Positions 9,571 through 20,400 of a stretch of DNA of 64,000 nt are shown piece by piece (the stretch's first letter is position 1; the number at the start of each line of letters is the position of its first letter). Position numbers and translations under genes: made by a program. Below the pieces are notes generated by a model that worked only from the letters and a program-made list of their open reading frames with translations, made no database searches and was not told the DNA's origin. Source of the DNA: Verrucomicrobiota bacterium (GTDB lineage Bacteria > Verrucomicrobiota > Verrucomicrobiia > Limisphaerales > AAA164-E04); assembly GCA_047947115.1 (NCBI GenBank), contig CP170459.1, forward strand, positions 4,288,001-4,352,000. The letters are read 5' to 3'.

Positions 9571-10992
9571 ATGGCATCCACTCACCACAGTTACCTGGCA
9601 GGACAAGCGATTCAAAGCGATCGACACGTCGATGTATATAATCCATACAACAACGAACACATCGCCCAAGTCACAGAATGCTCAGCCGTCCACACACAAC
9701 AGGCCATCGAAAAGGCTTTGGGCCTTGGCACTCGCTTGACGCGCTACGAACGCTTTGAAATCCTGGACAAAACCAGAAGAGCGCTCCTGGCCGAGAAAGA
9801 ATCCTTTGCCAAACTGATCACTTCCGAAGCAGGTCTATGCCTCCGCGAAACACTTTACGAAGTCGGGCGCGCGTGCGATGTGCTTCAGTTCTCAGCCATG
9901 GAGGCACTCAAGGATGATGGACAGGTCTTCAGTTGCGACGTATCTCCACAGGGCAAGGCTCGAAAAATCTTTACTCTGAGAGAACCGTTAAACCTCGCGG
10001 TCGCGATTACCCCTTTCAACCACCCGCTCAACCAGGTCGCACACAAATTGGGTCCTGCCATTGCGGCCGGAACCCCCATCATTCTCAAACCTTCCGAAAA
10101 AACACCGCTGAGCGCGATCCGTCTGGCGGAGTTGTTATACGAAAACGGACTTCCTGGTGAAATGTTGAGCGTGCTCCTCGGGCCGACTCAGGAAGTTGCG
10201 GAGCCATTGGTCTTGGATGAAAGAGTGGAATTGGTCAGTTTCACCGGCAGTGTGGCCGTTGGAAAACACATCGCCAAAACCGCCGGATACAAGAAGCTTG
10301 TTCTGGAGCTGGGTGGCAACGACCCCCTCATCATTCTGGAAGATGCGGACCTGGAAATGGCCGTGCACCTGGCTTGTGAAGGAGCCTTCCGCAACTCCGG
10401 ACAACGCTGCACAGCGGTCAAACGCATTTTGGTTCAAAGATCCATCCTCGACACATTCACCAAAGCGTTTGTCAAACAAGCCGCCACATACACATCAGGT
10501 GATCCAAGTTCCATGGACACCCGGGTGGGGACGGTCATCGATGAGGCATCGGCTGAACGCTTGTCTCAAGCAGTTGAAAAAGCCGTCGCCCAAGGTGCAA
10601 AGGTACTCCTGGGTGGCGGACGTGAGGGAGCGTTGTTGGAACCCACCGTCATTGCCGACGTCCCGCGTGACGCCGACATGGTGACTTCCGAATCGTTCGG
10701 CCCCCTGGCCCCTCTGCTCGCTGTGGACGACATGGATGATGCCATTCGACTGACCAACTCCACACCTTACGGTCTTTCATCCGGCGTGGTGACCAACAAT
10801 ATGGAACAGGCGCTCAAAGCGGTGCGTGAATTAAAATGTGGAACGGTCAATATCAACGAAGTTCCCGGATACCGCATCGAATGTTCCCCATTCGGAGGCA
10901 TCAAGGACTCCGGTCTCGGCATCAAGGAAGGGGTCATCGAAGCGATCAAATGCATGACCACCGTAAAAACTTTCTCGCTCCCATGGGGGTAA
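9571..10992 (+). CDS. phnY: Phosphonoacetaldehyde dehydrogenase
   Basis: ALDH motifs ITPFNHPLNQVAHK, LELGGNDP, NSGQRCTAVKR, PFGGIKDSGLG; C-terminal KTFSLPW; directly after phnA. Confidence 0.9.
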   Translation: MASTHHSYLAGQAIQSDRHVDVYNPYNNEHIAQVTECSAVHTQQAIEKALGLGTRLTRYERFEILDKTRRALLAEKESFAKLITSEAGLCLRETLYEVGRACDVLQFSAMEALKDDGQVFSCDVSPQGKARKIFTLREPLNLAVAITPFNHPLNQVAHKLGPAIAAGTPIILKPSEKTPLSAIRLAELLYENGLPGEMLSVLLGPTQEVAEPLVLDERVELVSFTGSVAVGKHIAKTAGYKKLVLELGGNDPLIILEDADLEMAVHLACEGAFRNSGQRCTAVKRILVQRSILDTFTKAFVKQAATYTSGDPSSMDTRVGTVIDEASAERLSQAVEKAVAQGAKVLLGGGREGALLEPTVIADVPRDADMVTSESFGPLAPLLAVDDMDDAIRLTNSTPYGLSSGVVTNNMEQALKAVRELKCGTVNINEVPGYRIECSPFGGIKDSGLGIKEGVIEAIKCMTTVKTFSLPWG

Positions 10993-11078
10993 ACCCATCA
11001 CTCCACTCAGGTAAAAAGGCATTGCAAGAGCCGGTGTTCTGCGCGATTGATTGAATCACGAAAACCCTGGACCCATTC

Positions 11079-14000
11079 ATGCAACGATTCCTGACAACTG
11101 TTTCTCAGGGGGTGCGTTTCAACCCGAGGAAGCTGTCGTGGAGTGCTGTGTTGTGGTGTTTGTTATGTCTGTCAGATTTACATGCAAGCGAATCTTCCAG
11201 ATGGACACATTACCGCATGTCTGACGGACTACCCAGTGCCGGTCCGGCAGGCGTGACGATCAGCCCGAGAGATCGGGTCTGGATTCGCCACCTGGAAGCG
11301 AACACCATCACGGAATTGACCGGTTACGACATCGCCAGCCAGACTGTTCCAGAGGGATCGGCAAAGCGTGTTTATGAAAGCCGTTCAGCACAACTCTGGA
11401 CGACCTATGCGCGTGGCATCCGTCTATGGTCCAACAATTGGAAAAGTTTTCCCATTCAAGCCATCGCCACCGCATATCAGGGAGTCGTACAACAGCTCCA
11501 AAGCCCTGTCAGCCTGGTTCCCCTTCAGATCAACCAATGTCTCATCCTGGCAAACGACAGCATCCACTTGTTCAACGCCACCAGCTCACGGACAAAAAAG
11601 ATCATCGATCTGCGAATCGATGGTTGGCAGGAATGCTCGGCAATGATCGAATTGAGCCAGGGTGACGTGTTAGTCTCCGCACGCGGCGGATTTATCCGCT
11701 ACAAAGGACCGGCCAAAGACATCGAACAAGCCGATCCCGGATTCATCCGGCTCCCCGAATCCATCAGGCAATACAAACTCAGCAATCCATTGGAAAACCC
11801 GGGAGAGGTCATGACTTTCATTGGGGAAGCCACCGACAAGCCCCGTCTGGCAATCAAGTTTGACGGTTCACACTGGTCCTGGGCTACTGTTCCAGAAGAC
11901 ACGGTGCTGCGGACCTATTGGGAAAACGATGCAGGACATGGATGGGGAACAACTTATACCGGCATTTATCAAATAGACACACAGGCAGATCAAATCACTT
12001 CTTCAAATGCCCTGGAAGCCGGCCAGTTCTTCGATGTGGTTACGGACGGCAAAGGGAGCGCATGGATCGCCACCAGTGAGGGCCTGGTCCGTCAATCTCC
12101 AGCCTACTGGAAACCCATCTTCCCCGAGTTGGGTGAATCAAGTGTTTTTGACATGGTGGGTGATTCGAAAAGCGGATTGTGGATGATCACGGAAAACGAA
12201 CTGGTCCACTACGATGTAACAGGCCGTCGAACAGGCATAGCCTGGCCCCAGGACCTGGAAAACATCTTTACCCCCGGCAAAGGACTCTTCCTGCTGAACA
12301 ACGGCAAAATTGGCCTGAACATAGGACAAAGCCCGCTGATATACGATCCGGCTGAAGATCAATTCACCCCGATTCAAACAACCAATCCTGATCTTACCAT
12401 CCAACGGATACTGACCAAACTCGACAACGATTCCCTGCTGGTGTGGGCCGCGGGCGAATCGTCGGAAAACGCTCTGTTCTGGAACTATTCGGAAGGAAAC
12501 CTGACACCTTTCGATATCCCCATACCCGATGAACAAACCGAAACCGAATTTCTTTGGGCCACCGAACTGGTTTCAGCAGATGAAATATGGTTCGGATCAC
12601 ATCACGGAGTGGCTTATGCCAAGCGAAATCAATGGATCCAGTTCGCCCCCGAAGAAGGACTCGGATTAGACACACCCGGGCGGCTCCTTGAACTGAGAGA
12701 CGGCAGATTATGGCTGGGAGCCGGATCGCATGTGTACGAACTAAGAAGCAACCGCTGGGAAAGTGTTTATGTGACCTATGAAAAAATAAACGACATGCTG
12801 GAAGCCCGCGACGGCACGGTATGGGTAGCAACCAATAATGGCGTTCATCGATTTGTTCAGGAAACATGGCTCAGCCACAACACACAGGAAGGCCTCCCCA
12901 GCAACACGATCTACAAGCTCCACGAAAATGCGGCTGGAATCATCCGGGCAGCCACCACCCGAGGGGTGTGTCAATACAACCCGCAATTCGATCGAGATGC
13001 GCCCATGACCGATATTCGCATGGATGAAGTGGACAACAACAGAGTCCTCCGTAATGGATCCATCCTGCATTTTGAAGGGCAGGACAGATGGAATCACACG
13101 ACAAGCTCGCGCCTGCTCTTCTCATATCGCAAGGATAGCGAACCATGGAAACCATTTTCACATACCAATTGGATGGTTCTTTCCGACCTGCCAGCCGGCC
13201 CCCACCAGGTGGAAGTCAAAGCCATCGATCGCAACGGCAACATAGAAAACGCGCCACCTGTATTCCGGTTTGATTTCATCATTCCATGGCATGAAGACCC
13301 ACGACTCATGGGCATGACCATCGGAGCAGTCGTCGTCACCGTGCTCCTGGCCGGATTTGCCGTTAACCGCCACCTGCAACTCAAACGAAGCTACGCCGAA
13401 GTGGAACGAATCGTCGCCATCCGAACCCAAGAACTGGAACGCGCCAACCACGAACTACTCCAGGATCAGAAAATGAAGGCGCTGGGCACGCTTGCATCCG
13501 GTATCGCTCATGACTTCAACAGTATTTTGTCCATCATCAAGGGATCCGTCCAAATCATTGAATCCAATTCCAACGACGCCGAGAAAGTTCGAAAGCGTGT
13601 CGATCGCATCCATTCCGTCATCGACCAGGGAGCGGGCATCGTACGATCCATGCTGGGCTATGTCCGAAGAAAAAACGAACCTTCCCAACCCCACGATCTG
13701 AACCGCATCGCCCGTGAAGCCATTCAGTTGACCGAAGAAAACACAAGCAGTCATCGAATCGAATTTCTCGATCATCCCGGCATAGGTAAAGTGACCATCG
13801 TCCCAGATCTGGTCCGCCAAATCATGATCAATCTGATCAACAACGCCATGGACTCCATGGAATCGGAAGGGTGCATCCTGATTCGACTGGAAGAGTCGAG
13901 GGAACTCTCAGGGCATGTGGCATTGAAACCCAAACACCAGGCGCCCTATGCCGTCCTTCGCATTCAGGATTCCGGTGTCGGGATATCGAATGAGATCGTC

Positions 14001-14231
14001 ACACGTATTTTCGAGCCGTTTTACACGACAAAAGCATTTTCCTCGCGCCGTGGAACAGGATTGGGACTGTCGATGGTGTATGAAATGGCCAGAGAAATGG
14101 GAGCCGGTTTGAGTGTGTCATCCGCCCCCGGCAAAGGCAGCACCTTTTCCATCTACATATCCTATTCCGGTCAAGCCTCCTCCTTGCCTGAATCCCCCAG
14201 CACCGACGCCGAAGACTTTCGGACAAAGTAA
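11079..14231 (+). CDS. Membrane sensor histidine kinase with periplasmic beta-propeller and Y_Y_Y domains
   Basis: Signal peptide, Reg_prop-like repeats (WIATSEGL, WVATNNGV), TM helix, H-box ASGIAHDFN, N/G boxes NLINNA, DSGVGI, GTGLGL. Confidence 0.88.
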   Translation: MQRFLTTVSQGVRFNPRKLSWSAVLWCLLCLSDLHASESSRWTHYRMSDGLPSAGPAGVTISPRDRVWIRHLEANTITELTGYDIASQTVPEGSAKRVYESRSAQLWTTYARGIRLWSNNWKSFPIQAIATAYQGVVQQLQSPVSLVPLQINQCLILANDSIHLFNATSSRTKKIIDLRIDGWQECSAMIELSQGDVLVSARGGFIRYKGPAKDIEQADPGFIRLPESIRQYKLSNPLENPGEVMTFIGEATDKPRLAIKFDGSHWSWATVPEDTVLRTYWENDAGHGWGTTYTGIYQIDTQADQITSSNALEAGQFFDVVTDGKGSAWIATSEGLVRQSPAYWKPIFPELGESSVFDMVGDSKSGLWMITENELVHYDVTGRRTGIAWPQDLENIFTPGKGLFLLNNGKIGLNIGQSPLIYDPAEDQFTPIQTTNPDLTIQRILTKLDNDSLLVWAAGESSENALFWNYSEGNLTPFDIPIPDEQTETEFLWATELVSADEIWFGSHHGVAYAKRNQWIQFAPEEGLGLDTPGRLLELRDGRLWLGAGSHVYELRSNRWESVYVTYEKINDMLEARDGTVWVATNNGVHRFVQETWLSHNTQEGLPSNTIYKLHENAAGIIRAATTRGVCQYNPQFDRDAPMTDIRMDEVDNNRVLRNGSILHFEGQDRWNHTTSSRLLFSYRKDSEPWKPFSHTNWMVLSDLPAGPHQVEVKAIDRNGNIENAPPVFRFDFIIPWHEDPRLMGMTIGAVVVTVLLAGFAVNRHLQLKRSYAEVERIVAIRTQELERANHELLQDQKMKALGTLASGIAHDFNSILSIIKGSVQIIESNSNDAEKVRKRVDRIHSVIDQGAGIVRSMLGYVRRKNEPSQPHDLNRIAREAIQLTEENTSSHRIEFLDHPGIGKVTIVPDLVRQIMINLINNAMDSMESEGCILIRLEESRELSGHVALKPKHQAPYAVLRIQDSGVGISNEIVTRIFEPFYTTKAFSSRRGTGLGLSMVYEMAREMGAGLSVSSAPGKGSTFSIYISYSGQASSLPESPSTDAEDFRTK

Positions 14232-15573
14232 ATACAGCTGCTCACCAGACAAACCGTACCCAATGCGGCCATGAACCAGGTGAACCCCTTGAAAAATCCA
14301 AGCCTGGACATATCGCTTTGAGCCAGGTCCTTGTACAACTGAATCCCCACCGACCCGGTGTAACCGATGGCGTCTGCAACATAAATGGCAAACACCGCGG
14401 TTCCGACCACTCTGGTGGAAGCCATCATTCGATCGAACAACAACGATCCATAGGGCACATAAGCCAGGTAAGAACCAAGTCCGGTCAGGGTCAGCCACCA
14501 GAAACCGTTGATGATTTTCATTTCCAGCAGCATGGTACTGATCCCAAGCAACGCCACCCCACCGGTCATAACCGCATACGCGGCAATTAAACCGGCTCGG
14601 TTGTGGCGTATGGTGTTCAGCAAGGCCATGGACCCCATGACACCAAAAGCCACCAAGGTTTCGGTTCGGGAAATAATGGTTTGATTGTCCTCATAATTGA
14701 AACCGAGGTCGTCGAGAATTTCGACCATGTAATTATCCCGGAAATCACGATACGCGGTGAGAAAGAAATAAGCCACCATCAGGAACAGCAATCCTGGAAG
14801 AAAATGCTTCACGAACGAAACCCGTTTTCGCCCATCCATGGGCTTCCGCTCGGTTTTGGCGGCCATGTCTTTTGAATTCTGGGGCGGCAACTGATTCAGC
14901 ATCCAGACCGAAAGGAAAAACAAAGGCAGAAAATGCAAGCCAACCACAGCGGGCATCCATCCTTCACTCACTTCCCCCATGGAGCGTGCAACCATGGGCC
15001 CCAGGACCGGAAGATGATTCCACAGATCGGCGATCGAGCCGCTCATCATGGCCCTGCCGATATCCTTGACGATCCCGCTGGAGACAATGAATGAACAGCT
15101 CAGTCCTGCCAGAAGGATTTCAGAAGTACGCCGCCCTTCCAGATACCAGACAACCAACCCCCAAACCATCCCCAGAGGCAACCCATTGAAAAAGATCGCG
15201 GCAAACTTCCATTGAACAGGGGCAAGTCCAAACAAAAGCAAAGAAAACTCAGCCACCAGAATCAATCCAATCAAGGCCTTTGCACGAGCTGCCGGGTTTA
15301 TTTCAGAACAAACTTTGATTCCCACATACTTGCTGACCGCATACCCCAGAATCTGACTGATCACCAGAGCCGTCTTCAGGGTCACATCCGTTCCAAAGAA
15401 ACTCAGCCCATCAAAAGTCGCTGCAGTGAAAGGCTTTCGAAACGCATACATGCAGAAGTAAGTGCTAAAAGCAGCCACCACGGCAAAAAGGACAAAGACG
15501 AACTCGGGAGCCCCCGACAGCCATCGTGATAAAACACCAGACCGTCCCACACTGTTATCATTCAATTGGGTCA
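14171..15573 (-). CDS. DUF5690-like multi-pass membrane protein (putative MFS-like transporter)
   Basis: AAFSTYFCMYAFRKPF, NGLPLGMVWG, YLEGRRTSE, LTAYRDFRDNY, ADAIGYTGSV; about 12 TM segments. Confidence 0.75.
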
Positions 15574-15642
15574 TAGGATTCGCGAAACCGGAGCATTCAT
15601 AAAACAAAAGTTCCCCTCATAAAAGCACATAAATCAACCAAA

Positions 15643-16154
15643 GTAACCGCATACACCAGAATGTGCCCCTCCCAACGCTCCCCCACGTAGCCGCATTCGC
15701 CAGAATGTGCCCCCCCAACGCTCCCCCACGTAGCCGCATTCGCCAGAATGTGCCCCCCCAACGCTCCCCCACGTAGCCGCATTCGCCAGAATGTGGCCCC
15801 CCAACGCTTCCCCACGTAGCCGCATTCGCCAGAATGTGGCCCCCCAACGCTCCCCCACGTAGCCGCATTCGCCAGAATGTGGTCCCCCAACGCTCCCCCA
15901 CGTAGCCGCATTCGCCAGAATGTGGTCCCCCAACGCTCCCCCACGTAGCCGCATTCGCCAGAATGTGGCCCCCCAACGCTCCCCCACGTAGCCGCATTCG
16001 CCAGAATGTGGCCCCCCAACGCTCCCCCACGTAGCCGCATTCGCCAGAATGTGGTCCCCCAACGCTCCCCCACGTAGCCGCATTCGCCAGAATGTGGCCC
16101 CCCAACGCTCCCCCACGTAGCCGCATTCGCCAGAATGTGGTCCCCCAACGCTCC
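15643..16154. repeat. Tandem array of about 12 x 43-bp GTAG-type REP units
   Basis: Unit GTAGCCGCATTCGCCAGAATGTGG(C/T)CCCCCAACGCTCCCCCAC starts at 15687, 15730 ... 16117 (43-bp period) plus a degenerate copy at 15643; hairpin CCGCATTC-GCCA-GAATGTGG. Confidence 0.92.
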
Positions 16155-16157
16155 TCG

Positions 16158-16766
16158 CTAAACCATACACTCCAGCAACCGTGCCCCGAGCTGCTGCCGC
16201 CATTTATCTAGAAAAGTCCACTCGTGATAGATCAAGGTAAGCGAATCGATCCATTCATCAGGAACAGCTTGAACACGCTCATCCCAGGAAGATTCGTAAG
16301 TGGAAAGCCGTTTCATCAAAGTCGATTCATCCTGAAGAAGCAGCCCTTGAAGCTTCTCCATCTGACCTTTGATGGGTAGACTTTTTTTAAGAAAGATCAC
16401 CCTGCTCAATTCGCTGGCATCCTCTCCGGGTTTCTCCCTGAGCAAAGCATCTGCCTGACGCAACACTTCCCCCACCTCCATGAACCGATCCCCGACCGCT
16501 TCCGGGATTCGTTTCAAACTTTCCGGCGCCTCCCCCGTTAAAACCAGCAACAGGTGACGCAATCGTGTGGGCATTTTTGAAAGTTGCTTGAACGCTTCAT
16601 TGATCATGGATGCATCCAACTCCGTGTCATCCGACACATTCCTTGCGCGATCAGGATGAGCATTGGATGAAAGACGAAGGTAATTCTGTTTCAACACTTC
16701 CTCGTCCAAAAAAGGAGACACTGGAAGCTCAAGGCTCACAAAGTAATTTGGGTGTCCCATAGACAA
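16158..16766 (-). CDS. hscB: HscB-like J-domain co-chaperone
   Basis: NYF...HPD...INEAFKQL J-domain; downstream of iscA. Confidence 0.7.
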   Translation of the reverse strand: MSMGHPNYFVSLELPVSPFLDEEVLKQNYLRLSSNAHPDRARNVSDDTELDASMINEAFKQLSKMPTRLRHLLLVLTGEAPESLKRIPEAVGDRFMEVGEVLRQADALLREKPGEDASELSRVIFLKKSLPIKGQMEKLQGLLLQDESTLMKRLSTYESSWDERVQAVPDEWIDSLTLIYHEWTFLDKWRQQLGARLLECMV

Positions 16767-16777
16767 AAAAGGACTAT

Positions 16778-17170
16778 TCAGGCACTGAAACTTTCACCAC
16801 AAGAACAACTCGTGGCTGCGTTTGGATTATTCACTTTGAATCCTCCATCCTGCAACGCATCCTTGAAATCCAATTCAGACCCTGTCACATAAAGAGCACT
16901 CTTGGGATCAACAACCACTTTAACCCCTTGGGATTCTACCAGAATGTCCCGATTGGCCGGACGATCCTGTAGATCCATCTTGTACTGGAGTCCCGAACAT
17001 CCGCCCCCCACCACCGCCACACGGAGGACGCCTTCCGGACGTCCCTGACGGGTCAAGAGCTTGGTCACCTTGTTCGCAGCGCTCCCCGTGAGTTTGATCA
17101 AGCGTTCATCTCCCTTGCGAAAGGAGATTTCGTCGGACTTTTTCTGAACTTTACCTGCGATCATTGCCAT
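16778..17170 (-). CDS. iscA: Iron-sulfur cluster assembly accessory protein (IscA/HesB)
   Basis: GGGCSGLQY and NPNAATSCSCGESF. Confidence 0.92.
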   Translation of the reverse strand: MAMIAGKVQKKSDEISFRKGDERLIKLTGSAANKVTKLLTRQGRPEGVLRVAVVGGGCSGLQYKMDLQDRPANRDILVESQGVKVVVDPKSALYVTGSELDFKDALQDGGFKVNNPNAATSCSCGESFSA

Positions 17171-17242
17171 GAGGTGGGGACACTAGCCCATACTTCAACC
17201 ATTTTCAACGTCCAAGAAAACAAAGTCTTCCCTTTTCCAGCG

Positions 17243-17343
17243 GTAGGGATGCGCTGCTGCGCGTCCGCCTACGTGTCCGCATCACGCCAGAACTTTTCAA
17301 ATATCCACAACACGCACCCGGCCCCGCGGCAGCGGGGCCCTAC
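17243..17343. repeat. Inverted REP doublet (REPIN-like), second GTAG family
   Basis: GTAGGGATGCGCTGCTGCGCGTCC on + (17243) facing GTAGGGCCCCGCTGCCGCGGGGCC on - (ending 17343). Confidence 0.7.
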
Positions 17344-17459
17344 CCAAGCCGAAGACTCTCGGACTAAAGGCATTCAAAAGCCAACTGCACCGAGCGAACA
17401 CGCCACCGGACACGCAATCCCGATACAATCGGAATCCCTACCCATAGAGATCCAAGTCA

Positions 17460-20400
17460 TCACGAACGTTTGCGGGGCCTCCCCGCCCTCAACACCCGCA
17501 ACGAAAATCCCCTCCCATTCTCATAAGGTTCCACCCGGGCGTTGACCTCCAGCACCGGATACCTCACCGTGGCCAATCCGTAACTCCGATACGTCGAGGC
17601 AAACAACTCCGTCTCCACCATCCCCGTCCAGTCCGCCAGGGTCAGGAATTTCATGGGCTCACCGGTAACCTGATGATGCAATCGCTGCTCAATCACCAAG
17701 CCACAGGTGGTGATTTCCTGTCCGATATAATGTCCCAGGCGTTTCACCGGACAATAGGTCTCCCACGCCACCTCCGGATGCAGATCCAGCAGATGACCCG
17801 ACACCGGGAACCCCAGAGCCTCGTCCTCCCATTCCAGACGCTGTTGCCATGAAGGCTCCTGCAACGTGGTTTTCGGCAAACGCTCCGTGTCCGGCGGCGG
17901 CAACAACCAGCCCTGATCCGGACATTCCCGATCCGAAAAAGTCCGGTTCAAAAACTGTGACACCCAGAACTGGGACGTACGCGTCTTGCCAAACGCATCA
18001 AATGCCCCCACACGAATCAAGCGTTCCATCTCATCCGCCAGCGGAAACACCCGCCGGTGGAAATCAGCCATCGAAACAAACTTTCCCTTCGCACGTTCGT
18101 TGACCACCCGTTGCACCGTTTGATCCGTCAGGCCCTTGATCGCGCTCAACGGCACGCGAATGCCCCGCTTCGCCAGGCGATGACGTTGTGATGTCTGACG
18201 GGACTCGGCAGGATCCCCCAAACGCTCCACCTGATAACCGGGGCCCGGGGCTTGGATCGAAGGCGGCAACAGAGGAATCCCCAGACGATCGCACTCCAGC
18301 ACATAAACCAGCGGATGATAAAACCCCTTCCCTTGCGTCAACACCGAGGCCATGAACTCGGCGGGAAAATAACACTTCATCCAGGCCGACTGATATGCCT
18401 CCACCCCGTAGGCCGTGCTGTGCGCCTTGCAGAACGCGTAGCCATTGAAGCCGCTGACCAGTTCCCACACCTCTTGAATTTTCTCCTCTCCATGCCCGCG
18501 CTTGAGCGCCGAGGCGAAAAACTCGCGACGAATCTCCTCAATCGTGGCCGCCTTCCGCTTATTCAACGCACGCCGCAGCACATCCGCACGCCCCGGTGGC
18601 AGCCCGGCAAACCGCTCGCTGATCTGCAGAATGTGTTCCTCATAAACGACCAGACCAAAGGTGCTCCGCAAACAATCGGCCAACGAAGGATGCGGATAGA
18701 CAGGTTCCTCCATCTTCTGATAACGGCGAGTGAAACGAAGTTTCTTCTGTTCATTGGCCGCCCCCGGGCGAATCACCGACACGATGGCCACCAGCCCGTC
18801 AATCTCCCGTACATTACACATCCTGCAGAGACTCACCATGGCCGGACTCTCGATATGATGCACCGCGCGCGCGCCGCCCCCGGCAATCATCGCCCAGACC
18901 TTCGGGTCCGTCCACGGATCGGTCTCCGGCGCTGCGATCGTCTCGGGAGGCCCATCTTCACCCGGCTGCATGATGCGCCACTGACATCGATCCAGATCCA
19001 TCCGAATCCCGCGCACCTGCAACATCTCCCCGACATCCCGCATCACCGACAAGCCGCCCTGGGCCAGGATATCCATCTTGACCAGACCGATTTCTTCCAC
19101 GGCATCCATGTCGAAATGCGTCGTCGGGTATCCCTTGTTCGCCTTGAACGTCGGGGTGAGATGATGCATCGGTTGACGGGACAACACCACGCCACAGGGA
19201 TGCATCTTCGGATAACGCGGAAACCCGTCCAGAAACTCCGCCATCCGCAAAGCCGTCGAATAGGGTTCTTCCTGGAGTGGCAGATCGCGGCATTCCTGAT
19301 TCCGGGCAATGAAGCTGCTCATGTCCCGCGCGCCTGCATAAGGAAACCGTTCGGTTACCCGCCGGATCTGATATTCCGAAACGCCCAATACCTTGGCGAC
19401 ATCCCCCATCGCTCCGCGTGATTTGTAGGTCGAAAAACCACCCACCACGGCACAGTATTTCTCACCGTATTTGCGGAAGATCAGGTCAATCACATCATCC
19501 TTCCGGTCATGAGGAAAATCCACATCGATATCCGGTAACTTGTGCAAGGCCATGCGGTCCTTGTTCAGAAAACGTTTAAAATACAGTTCAAACCGAATCG
19601 GACACACATCACTGATTCGAAGGCAATAACACACCAACGAATCCGCCGCGCTCCCCCGTGTGATCCAATGAATCCCCGCCGCCCGGCAATCCTGCAACAG
19701 ATTCCACACCACCAGGAAATATTCCTCGTAGCCCACATCATGAATGATCGCCAGTTCCTCCTCCACCTGACGTTGCACACGTTCGCGCCGGGACGCCGGA
19801 TAACGTTCCGCCAGTCCCTTCATCACCAGCTTGCGCAGAAAAGATCGCGGCGACGAACCATCCGGCGGACGGTAATCCGGAAACTGCGGCGGCCCCAACG
19901 GCATCTGGAAATCACGACAACGCTCTGCAATCTCCCGGGTGCGTTCAAACACTTGCGGATGCTCCTTCCACAAATCCCGCCAGGTGTGCATGACCGGATA
20001 ATGCAAGGTCCCGCTCTGATCCTTGTCGGGATGACGCTGCTTCAGCAAGGTCAGGGTGCGAATGGACTGCACCACATCGTATTTCCAATAATCTTTCGGC
20101 AAGGCATAATGCACCGGCGTCACCGCCACGACAGGACTCTGTTGATCGGCAAATTTTTTCAATACCCCGGGATGTTCCGCCCCGCGGTAAAACCGGTTTT
20201 CAAAAAAGGATTCAAGTCGGGGATCCTTTCCAATCGCGATCAAACCATCCGTCGGAACCGAAGCCAATTGATGCCGCGTCCAATGCCCGTGTCCGCTCAA
20301 ACGCCGGATCAGAGCCGTCGATTCCTGCGAGGCATCGGAAACCGGTTTCTTCCGCCCTTTCCGTCCGCGTTGCAAAGGCACGGGCGGCGGTTTCTCGACG

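Noticed and set aside
15643..16154. CRISPR array
   Set aside because: The 19-nt linkers are essentially identical rather than unique spacers, and no cas genes are present; it fits a REP tandem array
15597..16203. Three overlapping repetitive ORFs (169-189 aa)
   Set aside because: Artefacts of a stop-free 43-bp repeat read in all three minus frames
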